DNA of 64,000 nucleotides from positions 128,001 through 192,000 of the forward strand of contig CAVSGP010000009.1 in the NCBI GenBank assembly GCA_963727505.1, given 5' to 3'. Origin of the DNA: an uncultured Trueperaceae bacterium. GTDB taxonomy: Bacteria; Deinococcota; Deinococci; Deinococcales; Trueperaceae. The translations under genes and the position numbers were made by a program. The notes beneath the pieces were generated by a model. The model made no database searches. It was not told where the DNA came from and saw nothing but the letters and a program-made list of their open reading frames with translations. Of the stretch, positions 1 to 11,021 are shown one piece after another. The stretch's first letter is position 1. Every line of letters begins with the position of its first letter.

Positions 1-1262
1 GACAGCCCGGGCAGGTAGCGCTCTTCGAGGAAGCGCATGATGGCATCCCGGTAGGGCCGGGCCTGGGTGCGCCAGTCGATGCCGGAGGCGAGGTTCGGGA
101 CCGGCGAGAGCACGTAGAAGCTCTCGTGACCGGGAGGCGCCAGCGACGGGTCCGTCGCCGTCGGCATGTGGAGGTAGAGGCTGAAGTCCTTCGGAAGCCG
201 GCCGTCGTTGCGGAAGATGTCCCTCAGGAGGCCCCGGTAGCGCTCCCCCAACAGGATGTTGTGGTGCGCCAGCGGGCCGCCCGCGTAGCGGCGATCGGTG
301 CCGAAGTAGATCACGAACAGGCTCATGGCGTAGCGCATGCGCTCCAGGCGCCGGTCGGTGTACTTGCGGCGGTAGCGCGGGTCCACCAGGTTGCGGTAGG
401 TGAAGGCGACGTCGGCGTTGCTCACCACCGCGTCGGCCTCGAACACCCGGCCGTCGGCCAGGCGCACGCCGGTCGCTCGCGGACCCCGCGCGGTGGGCTT
501 CACGAGGATCTCGGCCACGTCGGCATCCGTGTGGATGCTTCCCCCGAGATCGTCGACCAGCCGCGCCAGGCCGTCGACCAGCGCACCGGTGCCGCCCATG
601 GCGTACCAGACGCCCCATGCGCGTTCGAGGTAGTGGATCATGGCGTAGATCGACGGTGTGTCGAAGGGGTTCCCCCCGACCAGTAGCGGATGGAAGCTGA
701 ACACCTGGCGCAGGAAGGGGTCTTTGACGAACTGCGAGATGTAGCGGTAGACGCTCTTGTACGACTGTAGCCGGATCAGGTCGGGGGCGACGCGCAGCAT
801 GTCCCAGACCGTATCGAACGGCTTGTCGGCCAGCTCTTCGAAACCCTTGCGGTAGATCTTGCCGGCGTTGTGCACGAACGTCCGGTAGCCCTCTTTGTCG
901 TCGGGCGCCACCTTGTCGATCTCGGAGAGCACGAAGGCCTCGTCGCCGTTGTAATCGAACCGGCGTCCGGTGTCGTCGAAGATCCGGTAGTAGGGATCGC
1001 AGCGCACCAGCTCCAGGTAGTCCTCGCGGCGCCGGCCGGCCTTCTCGAAGATGGCGTCGATGAGCTGGGGGGCGGTGATGATGGTGGGCCCGCCGTCGAA
1101 CGTGAAACCGTCCTGACGGTAGACGTAGGCGCGCCCGCCGAGAGCGTCGCGACGCTCGAGCACCGTCACCCGGTGTCCGGAGGCAGCAAGCCGGGCGGCG
1201 GCGCTCAGGCCTCCGAGGCCCGCACCGATGACGACGACACGCTTGCTTGCACGCTGGCTCAC
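1..1262 (-). CDS. crtI: Phytoene desaturase (3' end beyond window)
   Basis: Manual translation from GTG 1262: MSQRASKRVVVIGAGLGGLSAAARLAASGHRVTVLERRDALGGRAYVYRQDGFTFDGGPTIIT, a FAD-binding GxGxxG and the CrtI N-terminal signature. Absent from the ORF track because no stop lies in the window. Confidence 0.93.
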   Translation of the reverse strand, partial: MSQRASKRVVVIGAGLGGLSAAARLAASGHRVTVLERRDALGGRAYVYRQDGFTFDGGPTIITAPQLIDAIFEKAGRRREDYLELVRCDPYYRIFDDTGRRFDYNGDEAFVLSEIDKVAPDDKEGYRTFVHNAGKIYRKGFEELADKPFDTVWDMLRVAPDLIRLQSYKSVYRYISQFVKDPFLRQVFSFHPLLVGGNPFDTPSIYAMIHYLERAWGVWYAMGGTGALVDGLARLVDDLGGSIHTDADVAEILVKPTARGPRATGVRLADGRVFEADAVVSNADVAFTYRNLVDPRYRRKYTDRRLERMRYAMSLFVIYFGTDRRYAGGPLAHHNILLGERYRGLLRDIFRNDGRLPKDFSLYLHMPTATDPSLAPPGHESFYVLSPVPNLASGIDWRTQARPYRDAIMRFLEERYLPGL

Positions 1263-1363
1263 GTGTCGAAGCGTAGGCGGGCCGCGCCGCCCGCGCCTGG
1301 AGCCCGGCCACAGTTCGGCACGCGGAGCGTGGCGCGCGACGGCCGCCGCCGCTTTCGGTTCGG

Positions 1364-2611
1364 TTATCGGGTGTCGGTGTCGACCTCCAGGCGCCAGAGG
1401 TCTTCGGGGCGCTCTCGGCGACGTACCAGTCGCACCACCGGCGCTCCGCCGCGGCGCGCCCCACGGCCACTCTCGGCGGGCTCCGCGCCGCCATCGTCGA
1501 CGACGACCTCGGCGGGCCGCAGGCTGGAGGCGTAGTTCGAGGCCATCGCGAAGCCGTAGGCGCCCGCTTGTTCGACGGCGAGCAGGTCACCGGATGCCAC
1601 GGGCGGCAACGGAAGGGCGCGACCCAGGCGGTCGGCGTTCTCGCACAGCGGACCGTCCAGATCGCTGAGGGGACCGTCGGGCGCTGCTGCAGCGACTCCC
1701 TCGGTCCGGTCGCGCGACGCCACCACGCGGATCGGGTGCTCCGCGCCGTAGAGGGCAGGCCGCAGCAGCTCGGCCATGCCGGCGTCCGCGATGACGTGCC
1801 GACGGGGACCCTCCGGCTTGACGTGGAGCACGCGCGTGAGGAGCGTGCCGGCTTCGGCCACCAGCGAGCGTCCCGGCTCGAGCACCAGGCCCGCCCCCAG
1901 CGCGCGGGCGAGAGCGCCTGCCCGCGCGCCGAACGCCGCCAGCGGCGCATCCGGCACCGCGAAGCCGCCACCGAGATCGACCAGCTCGAGCCCCGGCAGG
2001 GCCCGGTAGAGCGGCACGAGGACCGCTTGGACCTCGTCGTAGACGCCGGGGTCACGGATCATCGAGCCGGCGTGGACGTGGAAGCCGGCGAGCCGCCCGG
2101 CTGCGCGCACCTCGCGCGCCAGCGCCAGCGCGGCCTCGACCGGGAGGCCGAACTTCGAGGTCGCCGCACCGGTGGCCAGGTGCTGGTGGGTGCCGGGCTC
2201 GAGCGCGGGGTTGACCCGCACCAGGAAGCGCGTAGTATCGCTCCCCGCGGCCTGCCAGGTCTGCCACGTGCCGCGGGAGTCGAGGCTGGCGAGGCCCACC
2301 CCGAGCTCGGACGCGCGCCCGACCAGGCCCGCGTCCTGCCCGGGCCCGCCGACCAGCACGTCGCCCGGTGCGATGCCCGCGCGCACCGCCCGCTCGAGCT
2401 CGCCGAGGGTGATGACCTCGGCGCCCGCGCCGAGGTCCGCCAGAGCGCGCAGCACCGCGCCGCTCGGGTTGGCCTTGACCGCGTACAGCAGCCGGGCGGT
2501 GGGGAATGCCGTGCGCAGCGCGCGCCACTGGCGTCGCACGCGCGCGAGGTCGTAGACGTAGGTGGGGGTCCCGAAGCGCTCGGCGATGGTGCGTAGGAGA
2601 GCGTCGTTCAT
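1364..2611 (-). CDS. lysA: Diaminopimelate decarboxylase family (fold III PLP decarboxylase)
   Basis: FGTPTYVYD, YAVKAN (PLP lysine), SKFG, HVHAGS, EPGR, GPLCENAD, GAYGFAMASNY; start taken at MNDALL. Confidence 0.85.
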   Translation of the reverse strand: MNDALLRTIAERFGTPTYVYDLARVRRQWRALRTAFPTARLLYAVKANPSGAVLRALADLGAGAEVITLGELERAVRAGIAPGDVLVGGPGQDAGLVGRASELGVGLASLDSRGTWQTWQAAGSDTTRFLVRVNPALEPGTHQHLATGAATSKFGLPVEAALALAREVRAAGRLAGFHVHAGSMIRDPGVYDEVQAVLVPLYRALPGLELVDLGGGFAVPDAPLAAFGARAGALARALGAGLVLEPGRSLVAEAGTLLTRVLHVKPEGPRRHVIADAGMAELLRPALYGAEHPIRVVASRDRTEGVAAAAPDGPLSDLDGPLCENADRLGRALPLPPVASGDLLAVEQAGAYGFAMASNYASSLRPAEVVVDDGGAEPAESGRGARRGGAPVVRLVRRRERPEDLWRLEVDTDTR

Positions 2612-2697
2612 GCGGGTAGCTGAGGCTAGCACGGGCCCGAGCCGGGCGTCGGCCCCACGGCGGGGAGGGAGCGCCCGGGACAGCTATGCTGTGCCCC

Positions 2698-3234
2698 ATG
2701 AACAGACAGATCCGGCGCGAGCAGGCCAAGCAGGACAAGAAGGCTCAGAAGGAGAAGCAACGGAAGAGAGCCGCCCGCCGCGCTCGCGTCCAGAACGTAC
2801 GTCGTCGTCGCACCAGCGAACGCAAGGAGGGCGGAAAGCCCGCGGCCGGGAGCGCCAGCCCGAAGGCCTCGGGAGGCCAGCGCCAGCGCTTGCCCGGGCG
2901 CTTCTCCGGCGTCCTGATGATCGCGACGGTGTTCTTCATCGTGCTGCAGGCGGCCGTTCCTGCCAAGGACATGACCACGTTGAACAGCGTCACGGGCGCG
3001 GGATTCTTCGTGCTGTTCGGCTACTTCTCGCTGCTCTACCTGGAACGGCGCGGTGGCGGCCGGGCGCTGCTCATGACCCTGGTGTCGGGTGTGCTGCTGG
3101 TCGTGGGCGTGTCGATCGCCCGGCTGGTGGAACCTGTGCTCACCATGGACTGGCTGATGATGGGGCTGGCGGTGCCCGGGGTGGTGGCCGGCGCCTTCCT
3201 CGGTCGTCTGGTCTTCTACAACAGCCCCGCCTAG
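2698..3234 (+). CDS. Hypothetical membrane protein (basic N-terminus, ~4 TM helices)
   Basis: K/R-rich N-terminus followed by hydrophobic segments; TATGCT -10-like box 7 nt before the ATG. Confidence 0.75.
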   Translation: MNRQIRREQAKQDKKAQKEKQRKRAARRARVQNVRRRRTSERKEGGKPAAGSASPKASGGQRQRLPGRFSGVLMIATVFFIVLQAAVPAKDMTTLNSVTGAGFFVLFGYFSLLYLERRGGGRALLMTLVSGVLLVVGVSIARLVEPVLTMDWLMMGLAVPGVVAGAFLGRLVFYNSPA

Positions 3235-3241
3235 CAGCGCC

Positions 3242-3955
3242 GTGGTGGAGCCTTCTCACGCCGAGCCCGTCACCGCCATCATCGGCGCCATGGACGAGGA
3301 ACTGGAGGCCCTTCTCGCCGATCTGGAAGAGCGGCGAGAAGGGCGCCTCGGCCCCTTCGTGGTTCACCTCGGCCGCCTCGAGGGCCGGGCGGTGGCGCTG
3401 GCGCGCTGTGGCGTCGGCAAGGTCAACGCGGCCGCCCTGACGCAGGCGGTGCTCACGCTCGGCGCGGCGCGCGTGCTCTTCACGGGCGTTGCCGGGGCCG
3501 TGCGACCCGGACTCCGGGTCGGTGACCTGGTGATCTCGAAGGACGCGGTGCAGCACGATCTCGATGTGCGCCCCCTGGGCTACCGGCTGGGGCAGGTGCC
3601 GGGGGAGGCGTGGAGCTGGACGGCGGATGCCCACCTGGCGGAGCTGGCCCTGGCCGCCGCCGGCGATCTCGAGGGTGTCCGTGCAGTGCTCGGAAGGGTG
3701 GCATCGGGCGACGTCTTCGTCGCCGATCCGGCGCGCGTCGCGGCGCTGCGCGAGACGTTCGACGCCGATTGCGCAGAGATGGAGGGCGCCGCCACGGCGC
3801 AGGTGTGCGCCAAGTGGGGCGTGCCGTTCGTCATCATCCGGAGCATCAGCGATACCGCCGACCACGACGCACAGGTGGATTTTCGCTCCTTCACGCCCCT
3901 GGCGGCGGCACGGGCGAAACAGGTGGTGCGCGGCATCCTGCGTCGGCTGTCCTAG
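3242..3955 (+). CDS. mtnN: 5'-methylthioadenosine/S-adenosylhomocysteine nucleosidase
   Basis: IIGAMDEE, GVGKVNAA, FTGVAG, QHD, SGDVF, EMEGAA, RSISD motifs. Confidence 0.95.
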   Translation: MVEPSHAEPVTAIIGAMDEELEALLADLEERREGRLGPFVVHLGRLEGRAVALARCGVGKVNAAALTQAVLTLGAARVLFTGVAGAVRPGLRVGDLVISKDAVQHDLDVRPLGYRLGQVPGEAWSWTADAHLAELALAAAGDLEGVRAVLGRVASGDVFVADPARVAALRETFDADCAEMEGAATAQVCAKWGVPFVIIRSISDTADHDAQVDFRSFTPLAAARAKQVVRGILRRLS

Positions 3956-4132
3956 CGGTGCGCGCCTCGGCCCGCCCGGGCCGTAGCCTGCCCCATCGGG
4001 CGACGATGCGATGGGAGCGTACAATGGGGGCCCGAAGCCTGTGCCGGCCCTCGGGCCGGTGCACGTATGCACCGCCTCGATGCAGTGCGGCGCCACGCGC
4101 TGGGCGCCACCTCGAGAGAGGACATCACGACG

Positions 4133-6859
4133 ATGACGGACGTATTGGACGAACTCCTCAACCTAGACCGGTCGCAGCTCGAACCCGACGAGCTCCGCCA
4201 GCTCAACGAGACCGAGTTGCGCGAGTGGCTCGAGTCGCTCGACTACGTGCTGGCCAGCGGCGGCGCCGACCGCGTCAAGGACATCCTTCAGAAGCTGGAG
4301 CAGCACGCCTACAAGCACGGCGTGCCGATCCCCTACAACGCGACCACGCCGTACATCAACACCATCGGCGTGGACGAGCAGCCGGAGTACCCCGGCGACC
4401 TGGAGATCGAGGAGCGGATCACCAACCTGATCCGCTGGAACGCCATGGCCATGGTGGTCCGGGCCAACAAGTATTCCGCGGGCATCGGCGGCCACATCGC
4501 CACCTACGCGTCCGCCGCGACCCTGTACGAGGTGGGGTTCAACCACTTCTTCCACGGTCCGAAGGCCGGCGCCGACGCCGACCTGGTGTACTTCCAGGGC
4601 CACGCCAGCCCCGGGTTCTACGCGCGCTCCTTCCTGGAGGGGCGTTTCCCGGTGGAGGCGATGCGCAACTTCCGGCGCGAGCTGCAGGACGACCCGGGCC
4701 TGTCCTCCTACCCGCACCCGTGGCTGATGCCCGACTACTGGTCCTTCCCGACGGTCTCGATGGGGATCGGTCCGCTGGCCTCGATCTATCAGGCGCGCTT
4801 CCGGCGCTACCTCGAGGACCGCGGGCTGCTGCCCAAGGGCGAGGGGCGCGTCTGGGCGTTCGTCGGCGACGGCGAGACCGACGAGGTGGAGACGCTGGGT
4901 GCGATCCGGGTAGCGGCGCGCAACAAGCTCGACAACCTCATCTGGGTCGTCAACTGCAATCTGCAGCGTCTCGACGGCCCGGTGTACGGCAACGGCAAGA
5001 TCATCCAGGAGCTCGAGGGCATCTTCCGGGGCGCAGGCTGGAACGTCATCAAGGTGGCATGGGGCAGCAAGTGGGACGAGCTGCTGGCGCGCGACCACGA
5101 CGGCACGCTGGCCCGGCGCTTCGAGGAGATGGTCGACGGTGAGTCGCAACGCTACGCGGCGTTCGGAGCGCCGGAGCTGCGCGACCGGTTCTTCAACACC
5201 CCCGAGCTGAAGAAGCTCATCGAGGACTGGAGCGACGACGACATCGCCCAGCTCAACCGCGGCGGGCACGATCCCGTGAAGATCTACGCCGCGTTCCAAC
5301 GGGCGGTGCAGCACCAGGGGTCGCCGACGGCCATCCTGTTCCGCACCGTCAAGGGCTACGGCATGGGTGATGCCGGTGAGGCGCAGAACGTCACGCACCA
5401 GCAGAAGAAGCTCGACGTGGACCAGATGAAGGCCTTCCGCGACCGCTTCGAGCTGCCGGTCAGCGACGAGGAGATCACGCACTACCCGTTCTTCCGGCCC
5501 GAGGAGGACAGCCCCGAGCTGACGTACCTGCTCGAGCGCCGTGAGGAGCTGGGAGGATTCCTTCCCGACCGCTCGCCGAAGTCCGAGTCTCTCGACCCGC
5601 CGTCCGCCGACGCCTTCGAGGAGTTCATGCAGGGCACCGAGGGTCGCGAGGTGTCGACGACGATGGCTTTCGTCAGCGTCCTGCGCAATCTGTTGCGCGA
5701 CGAGACCTGGGGCAAGCTGGTGGTGCCGATCGTGCCCGATGAGGCGCGGACCTTCGGCATGGAGGCGCTGTTCCGGCAGATCGGCATCTATTCCAACGTC
5801 GGCCAGCTGTACGAGCCGGTCGACCGAGAGAACCTGCTGTACTACAAGGAATCGCACGACGGGCAGATCCTCGAGGAGGGCATCACCGAGGCCGGCTCCA
5901 TGGCGTCGTTCCTGGCCGCCGGGACCGCCTACTCGAACTACGGCGTCAACGCCGTCCCCTTCTTCATCTATTATTCGATGTTCGGCTTCCAGCGCATCGG
6001 TGACATGATCTGGGCTGCCGGCGACAGCCGCGCGCGCGGCTTCCTGGTCGGCGGGACAGCGGGCCGCACCACCCTCGCCGGTGAAGGTCTGCAGCATCAG
6101 GACGGGAACTCCCACGTGCTCGCCTACACCGTGCCCAACCTGCTGGCCTACGACCCGAGCTTCGCCTACGAGATCGCCGTCATCGTGCGCGAGGGCCTTC
6201 GCCGGATGTACCAGCAGCAGGACGACGTCTTCTACTACCTGACGGTCGGCAACGAGAACTACGCCCAACCTGCGGCTCCCGAGCACCTGAGTCGCGAGGC
6301 GCTGGAGGAGGGTGTCATCAAGGGGCTCTACCTCTTCCGCCCGACGGGCCGCAAGCGCAGCAAGCTGCACGCCCAACTCTTCGGGAGCGGCTCCATCATG
6401 AACGAGGTGCTCGAGGCCCGACGCATCCTGGAGGAGGACTACAAGGTCGCCACCGACGTCTGGAGCGTGACGTCGTACAAAGCGCTGCACGTCGAAGCGC
6501 TCGAGGTCGAGCGCCACAACCGGCTCCACCCGGACGAGGAGCCGCTCGAGCCGTTCGTCGCGCGCCAGCTCCGTGGCGCCAAGGGCGTGTTCGTAGCCGC
6601 CTCGGACTACATGAAGATCCTGCCCGACGCGCTCGCGCGTCACCTTCCGAAGGGCATCGTGGCGCTCGGAACCGACGGGTTCGGCCGCAGCGAGGCCCGC
6701 GAGGAGCTCCGCGACTTCTTCGAGGTCGATGCCAAGCAGATCGTGCTGGCGACGCTCCAGGCGCTGGCACAGGAAGGTGCGCTGAAGCCTGCGGAGGTCG
6801 CGAAGGCGCTTCAAGAGCTGGGCATCGATCCGGACAAGCCGAACCCCTACGTCGACTGA
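4133..6859 (+). CDS. aceE: Pyruvate dehydrogenase E1 component, homodimeric type
   Basis: [63 protein letters not shown] before MTDVLD. Confidence 0.97.
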   Translation: MTDVLDELLNLDRSQLEPDELRQLNETELREWLESLDYVLASGGADRVKDILQKLEQHAYKHGVPIPYNATTPYINTIGVDEQPEYPGDLEIEERITNLIRWNAMAMVVRANKYSAGIGGHIATYASAATLYEVGFNHFFHGPKAGADADLVYFQGHASPGFYARSFLEGRFPVEAMRNFRRELQDDPGLSSYPHPWLMPDYWSFPTVSMGIGPLASIYQARFRRYLEDRGLLPKGEGRVWAFVGDGETDEVETLGAIRVAARNKLDNLIWVVNCNLQRLDGPVYGNGKIIQELEGIFRGAGWNVIKVAWGSKWDELLARDHDGTLARRFEEMVDGESQRYAAFGAPELRDRFFNTPELKKLIEDWSDDDIAQLNRGGHDPVKIYAAFQRAVQHQGSPTAILFRTVKGYGMGDAGEAQNVTHQQKKLDVDQMKAFRDRFELPVSDEEITHYPFFRPEEDSPELTYLLERREELGGFLPDRSPKSESLDPPSADAFEEFMQGTEGREVSTTMAFVSVLRNLLRDETWGKLVVPIVPDEARTFGMEALFRQIGIYSNVGQLYEPVDRENLLYYKESHDGQILEEGITEAGSMASFLAAGTAYSNYGVNAVPFFIYYSMFGFQRIGDMIWAAGDSRARGFLVGGTAGRTTLAGEGLQHQDGNSHVLAYTVPNLLAYDPSFAYEIAVIVREGLRRMYQQQDDVFYYLTVGNENYAQPAAPEHLSREALEEGVIKGLYLFRPTGRKRSKLHAQLFGSGSIMNEVLEARRILEEDYKVATDVWSVTSYKALHVEALEVERHNRLHPDEEPLEPFVARQLRGAKGVFVAASDYMKILPDALARHLPKGIVALGTDGFGRSEAREELRDFFEVDAKQIVLATLQALAQEGALKPAEVAKALQELGIDPDKPNPYVD

Positions 6860-6880
6860 GGATCTGGAAAGGAAGCGCGC

Positions 6881-8215
6881 GTGGCAACGGAAGTCAAACT
6901 GCCCGAGGTGGGAGAAGGTATCGAGTCCGGTACCGTCGTGGGCGTGCTGGTCAGCGTCGGTGACGAGGTCAAGCGGGACCAGCCGTTGATCGAGTTGGAG
7001 ACCGACAAGGCCGTGGTCGAGGTGCCGTCGTCGGCGGACGGGGTCGTGCAATCGATCAACGTCAAGGAGAACCAGGAGGCGAGGGTCGGGCAGGTGATCG
7101 TCACGCTCGACGCCGCCGGGGCGGCCAAGCCTGCGGAAGCCGGGGCGCACGCATCGGAGGCGCCTGAGTCCGAGGCGCCCTCCTCGGAGGCGCCCCCCGA
7201 ACCGGCGCCGTCGGAAGCGCCCAGCAACGAACCCTCGGCGCCGTCGACTCCTCCCGCGGCACAGCCGGTCAAGCGGCAGCCGGCCCCGCGTTCGACCGCG
7301 ACCGCTTCCGACGGTTCCGGCCTGGTGCCGGCGGCCCCGTCGGTGCGACGCCTGGCGCGCGAGCTCGGGGTGGACATCCAGCAGGTCCAGGGCAGCGGGA
7401 TCCTGGGACGGATCTCTGCCACCGACGTGCGTACGGCTGCCGAGGGCGGCGCGCCTGCTGCGGCTGCGGTAGCGGCGCCGGTGCAGCTCCCCGACTTCAG
7501 CCGCTGGGGCGAAGTCGAGCGCAAGGCGATGAGCGGCATCCGCAAGGCAACGGTGCGGACCATGGCGGGTGCCTGGTCGACCGTACCGATGGTGACGCAG
7601 TTCGACAAGGCCGACAGCACCGAGTTCGAACGTCTGAGGCAGCGCTACAAGCCGCAGGCCGAAGCCATGGGCGCGAAACTGACGCCGACGGCCATGCTGC
7701 TCAAGGTGGTCGCGGCGGCGCTGAAGCGCTTCCCGGACTTCAACGCCAGCATCGACACCGCGAGCCAGGAGATCGTCTACAAGCGCTACGTCAACGTGGG
7801 CGTCGCTGTGGACACCGAGGCGGGCCTGCTGGTTCCGGTGATCAAGAACGCCGACGGTAAGAACGTGCTCGAGCTCGCGCAGGAGCTCGGTCAACTCGCC
7901 GAGAAGGCACGCAATCGCAAGCTCACCCCCGACGACATGCAGGGGGGCAACTTCAGCGTGTCGAACCTCGGCGGCATCGGCGGGACCGGCTTCACGCCGA
8001 TCGTCAACCCGCCCGAGGTAGCCATCCTGGGGGTGTCGCGCTCGGCGCACGAGCCGGTCTACAACCAGGGGACCGGGCAGTTCGACGCCCGGCTGATGAT
8101 GCCGTTGTCGGTCACCTACGACCACCGGCTCATCGACGGCGCTGCCGCGGCGCGGTTCCTGCGCTGGATCTGTACGGCCATCGAAGAGCCGTTCCTGATG
8201 GCGCTGGAGGGCTGA
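6881..8215 (+). CDS. aceF: Dihydrolipoamide acetyltransferase (PDH E2)
   Basis: Lipoyl motif ETDKA, PAAPSVRRLARE binding domain, DHRLIDGA catalytic motif; follows aceE. Confidence 0.93.
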   Translation: MATEVKLPEVGEGIESGTVVGVLVSVGDEVKRDQPLIELETDKAVVEVPSSADGVVQSINVKENQEARVGQVIVTLDAAGAAKPAEAGAHASEAPESEAPSSEAPPEPAPSEAPSNEPSAPSTPPAAQPVKRQPAPRSTATASDGSGLVPAAPSVRRLARELGVDIQQVQGSGILGRISATDVRTAAEGGAPAAAAVAAPVQLPDFSRWGEVERKAMSGIRKATVRTMAGAWSTVPMVTQFDKADSTEFERLRQRYKPQAEAMGAKLTPTAMLLKVVAAALKRFPDFNASIDTASQEIVYKRYVNVGVAVDTEAGLLVPVIKNADGKNVLELAQELGQLAEKARNRKLTPDDMQGGNFSVSNLGGIGGTGFTPIVNPPEVAILGVSRSAHEPVYNQGTGQFDARLMMPLSVTYDHRLIDGAAAARFLRWICTAIEEPFLMALEG

Positions 8216-8333
8216 GCCCGGCGATTCGGGAGGGCGCGCCGCCCGTCAGCGGCGCGCCGAAGCGCCCGAGGCACGTCTACAGCGCGCAAAACTCAACCGA
8301 CTCTCATGGGGCCGCGTGGTACGATAGCGCGGT

Positions 8334-9107
8334 ATGTCGGCTGTGATGGGTGCCCCGCAGGGTGCACGTGAGAGCCCCGGGCGGCTCGAGCTCCGGGCCA
8401 CGGGCCTCACCAAGCGTTACGGCGGCCGCAGGGTCGTCGACGGCGTGGACATCCGTCTCCGGCGCGGCGAGATCGTCGCGTTGCTGGGACCCAACGGCGC
8501 CGGCAAGACCACCAGCTTCTACATGATGGTCGGGTTCGTCCGGCCCAACGCGGGTTCCATCCGCCTGGGGGACCAGGACGTGACGCGCTGGCCGATGCAC
8601 CGCCGTGCCCGTCAGGGCCTCGGCTACCTGGCGCAGGAGCCCAGCGCCTTCCGGAAGCTGAGCGTCGAGGACAACCTGCTGGCCATCCTGGAGTTCCAGG
8701 GTCTGAGCCGGGGCGAGCAGGAGCGGCGTGCCCACGAGCTGCTCGACGAGTTCCACCTCCGGCCGCTGGCGCGTCGGCGTGCCAACACGCTCTCCGGCGG
8801 GGAGCGGCGGCGGCTCGAGATCGCGCGCAGCCTCACCATCGAGCCCGATTTCATCCTCCTCGACGAGCCTTTCACGGGCGTCGACCCCAAGTCCATCCGG
8901 GAGATCCAGGTGTTGATCGCGGAGCTGCGCGAGCGTCGCGGCCTGGGCGTCCTGCTCACCGACCACAGCGTGCGCGAGACTCTCGCCATCGCCGACCGCG
9001 TCTACCTGATGTTCGACGGTCGGGTTCGCTTCGACGGCACGCCCCAGGAATTCGCGAGCGACGCCGACGTCCGGACCTACTATCTCGGCGCCGACTTCCA
9101 GATCTGA
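8334..9107 (+). CDS. lptB: LptB-family ABC transporter ATPase
   Basis: [66 protein letters not shown]. Confidence 0.9.
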   Translation: MSAVMGAPQGARESPGRLELRATGLTKRYGGRRVVDGVDIRLRRGEIVALLGPNGAGKTTSFYMMVGFVRPNAGSIRLGDQDVTRWPMHRRARQGLGYLAQEPSAFRKLSVEDNLLAILEFQGLSRGEQERRAHELLDEFHLRPLARRRANTLSGGERRRLEIARSLTIEPDFILLDEPFTGVDPKSIREIQVLIAELRERRGLGVLLTDHSVRETLAIADRVYLMFDGRVRFDGTPQEFASDADVRTYYLGADFQI

Positions 9108-9165
9108 GGCGCGGGCGGACATGCGACGTCCTCCGGTGATCCCCAGCCCGAACCGGGGCGGCTGA

Positions 9166-10959
9166 ATGGCATACCTGGTGGGACTGGTGCTCCTGCTGGC
9201 GACGTTGGCCGGCATCATCGCCTACCTGGGCGACCGGCTCGGCACGGTGGTCGGGCGGCGGCGCCTCAGCCTGTTCGGCGCGCGACCGCGGCGCAGCGGC
9301 CAGATCGTCGGGGTCGTGGTAGGCATCGTCATCATGCTCACGACCCTGGCGGTGTTGGCGCTGGCCTTCCAGAACGCCACCCAGACGCTCGTCAACGCGC
9401 AACGCACCGCCGACGAGCTGCAGCGCCTGCGCGCGCAGGAGAAGGTCCAGCAGGACAAGGTCAACGAGTTGAACAATCAGCTCGACAGCCTCAAGAACGA
9501 GTTGGCCCAGGCGCAGCAGACGATCCAGGACGCCCAGACGCAGCGCGACGCCGCCCTGCAGGAGCGTGATCAGGCACGCCAGGAACGCGACAAGCTGCAG
9601 GCGCAGCGCGCGCAGCTCCAGGACCAGGTGGACCAGCTCAGTCAGCAGATGACGGACGTGAACGCGCAGCTCAGCCAGGCGCAGGCCAAGCTGACGAGCA
9701 CCCAGGCCGATCTGCAGACGGCCCAGCTGGCGCAGGCCGAGGCCGTAAAAGCGCGCGACCAGGCGCAGGCCGACGCTGCGCAGGCCAAGCAGGACGCGCA
9801 GCGGCTGCAGCAGGAGGTGGCCTCCGCGCGGAACCAGCTCGACGATGCCAACCAGCGCCTCGACGCGCTCCAAGGCAAGCTCTCCGACACGGAGAAGCGT
9901 TTGACCGACGCGGACCAGAAGCTCAAGGCGGCGCAGGCGGGGCTCGAGAAGGCGCAGACGGCCCAGGCGCAGGCCGAGTCGGCACGCGACCAAGCCTTGC
10001 AGCAGCGCGATCAGGCCCTGCAACAGGCCACCGCCCTGCAGCAGCAGACGAAGCAGCTCACCGGTCAGGTGGGGCAGCTCCAGGGTGAGGTCGCCGACCT
10101 GCAGCAGCAGCAAAAGCAACTCCAGGGGCAGGCCAGCGCCCTCAAGCAGCAGAACCAGGAGCTGCAGGCGCGGAACCAGGGCCTCTCGCAGGAGAACGCC
10201 CGCTTCGTGCAGCAGAACCAGCTCCTCAGCGAGCAGAAGGACCAGTTACAGCGGCAGATCGAGCAACAGAACCAGAAGGTGCAGGATCTGCAGGGGCAGC
10301 TCCAGACGCTCAACAGCCGCCTCGAGGAGCAGGCGCGCAAGCTCAACGAGGTCAGCGCCGAGTACAACCGGGCCACCAGCGGCGACGTGACGTTCCAGAA
10401 GGACGAACTGATCTACGCCGGGCCGATCTACGCGCAGGACCCCGCCACCATCAAGGACGAGCTGACCAAGTTCATCGCGTCGGCCACCACCTACGTGGCG
10501 CGCCGAGGGGTCGAGAAGCTTCGCGTGACGCCCGAGCAGTTCAACAGCCTGGTCGATGTCATCGCCCAGACGCCGGGATCCGACCTGGTGCGCCTCATCT
10601 CACCGCGCAACCAGTTCAGCTCCACCGTCGACGTCACCATCGAGGCCATCGAGAACACCAAGCTCTTCGACAAGGGGCAGCTCGTCGTGAGCCGGCAGAT
10701 CCATCTCGGCTCGGCCGATCTGCCCGCCAGCCAGGACGAGGTCCGTAACGCCCTGACGCAGCTCAAAGGCGACGCCGTGCGCAAGCTGCGGCGCGCCGGG
10801 CTGGACGAGATGCAGGTCCCCGACTTCGGCCCGGTCACCGACGACATCTTCACGAGCTTGCTGCTGCGCCTGCACGGCCCGGTCACCATCGGGCTGGTCG
10901 CCACCGACGACATCTACCGATCCGGTCCGGCGAAGCTGGAGCTGCAGGTCCTCTACTGA
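9166..10959 (+). CDS. DUF3084-like membrane-anchored coiled-coil protein
   Basis: IAYLGDRLGTVVGRRRLSLFGARPRR N-terminal signature, two TM helices, long Q-rich heptad region; follows lptB. Confidence 0.85.
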   Translation: MAYLVGLVLLLATLAGIIAYLGDRLGTVVGRRRLSLFGARPRRSGQIVGVVVGIVIMLTTLAVLALAFQNATQTLVNAQRTADELQRLRAQEKVQQDKVNELNNQLDSLKNELAQAQQTIQDAQTQRDAALQERDQARQERDKLQAQRAQLQDQVDQLSQQMTDVNAQLSQAQAKLTSTQADLQTAQLAQAEAVKARDQAQADAAQAKQDAQRLQQEVASARNQLDDANQRLDALQGKLSDTEKRLTDADQKLKAAQAGLEKAQTAQAQAESARDQALQQRDQALQQATALQQQTKQLTGQVGQLQGEVADLQQQQKQLQGQASALKQQNQELQARNQGLSQENARFVQQNQLLSEQKDQLQRQIEQQNQKVQDLQGQLQTLNSRLEEQARKLNEVSAEYNRATSGDVTFQKDELIYAGPIYAQDPATIKDELTKFIASATTYVARRGVEKLRVTPEQFNSLVDVIAQTPGSDLVRLISPRNQFSSTVDVTIEAIENTKLFDKGQLVVSRQIHLGSADLPASQDEVRNALTQLKGDAVRKLRRAGLDEMQVPDFGPVTDDIFTSLLLRLHGPVTIGLVATDDIYRSGPAKLELQVLY

Positions 10960-11021
10960 GCTACGGAGCTTCTGAGCGAAGGAGCTACGGCGCAACGGCG
11001 CCACGGAGCTACGGCGCGCGG
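10958..11021. repeat. Degenerate 8-bp tandem repeat (GAGCTACG-like x8) between convergent genes
   Basis: gagctacg gagcttct gagcgaag gagctacg gcgcaacg gcgccacg gagctacg gcgcgcgg; GAGCTACGG recurs at 10958, 10982 and 11006. Confidence 0.7.

Noticed and set aside
4163..8125. 1320-aa minus-strand ORF and similar long antisense ORFs (e.g. 20180-22000, 33013-34623, 59421-61169, 61221-63749)
   Set aside because: Shadow frames opposite well-conserved genes, expected from high-GC codon bias; no recognisable motifs.
9400..10380. Q-rich repetitive region as a DNA repeat element
   Set aside because: Explained by coiled-coil heptads within the DUF3084-like protein.
10958..11021. GAGCTACGG at an exact 24-bp period as a repeat-spacer array
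   Set aside because: The apparent spacers are decayed copies of the same 8-mer, so this is a microsatellite.
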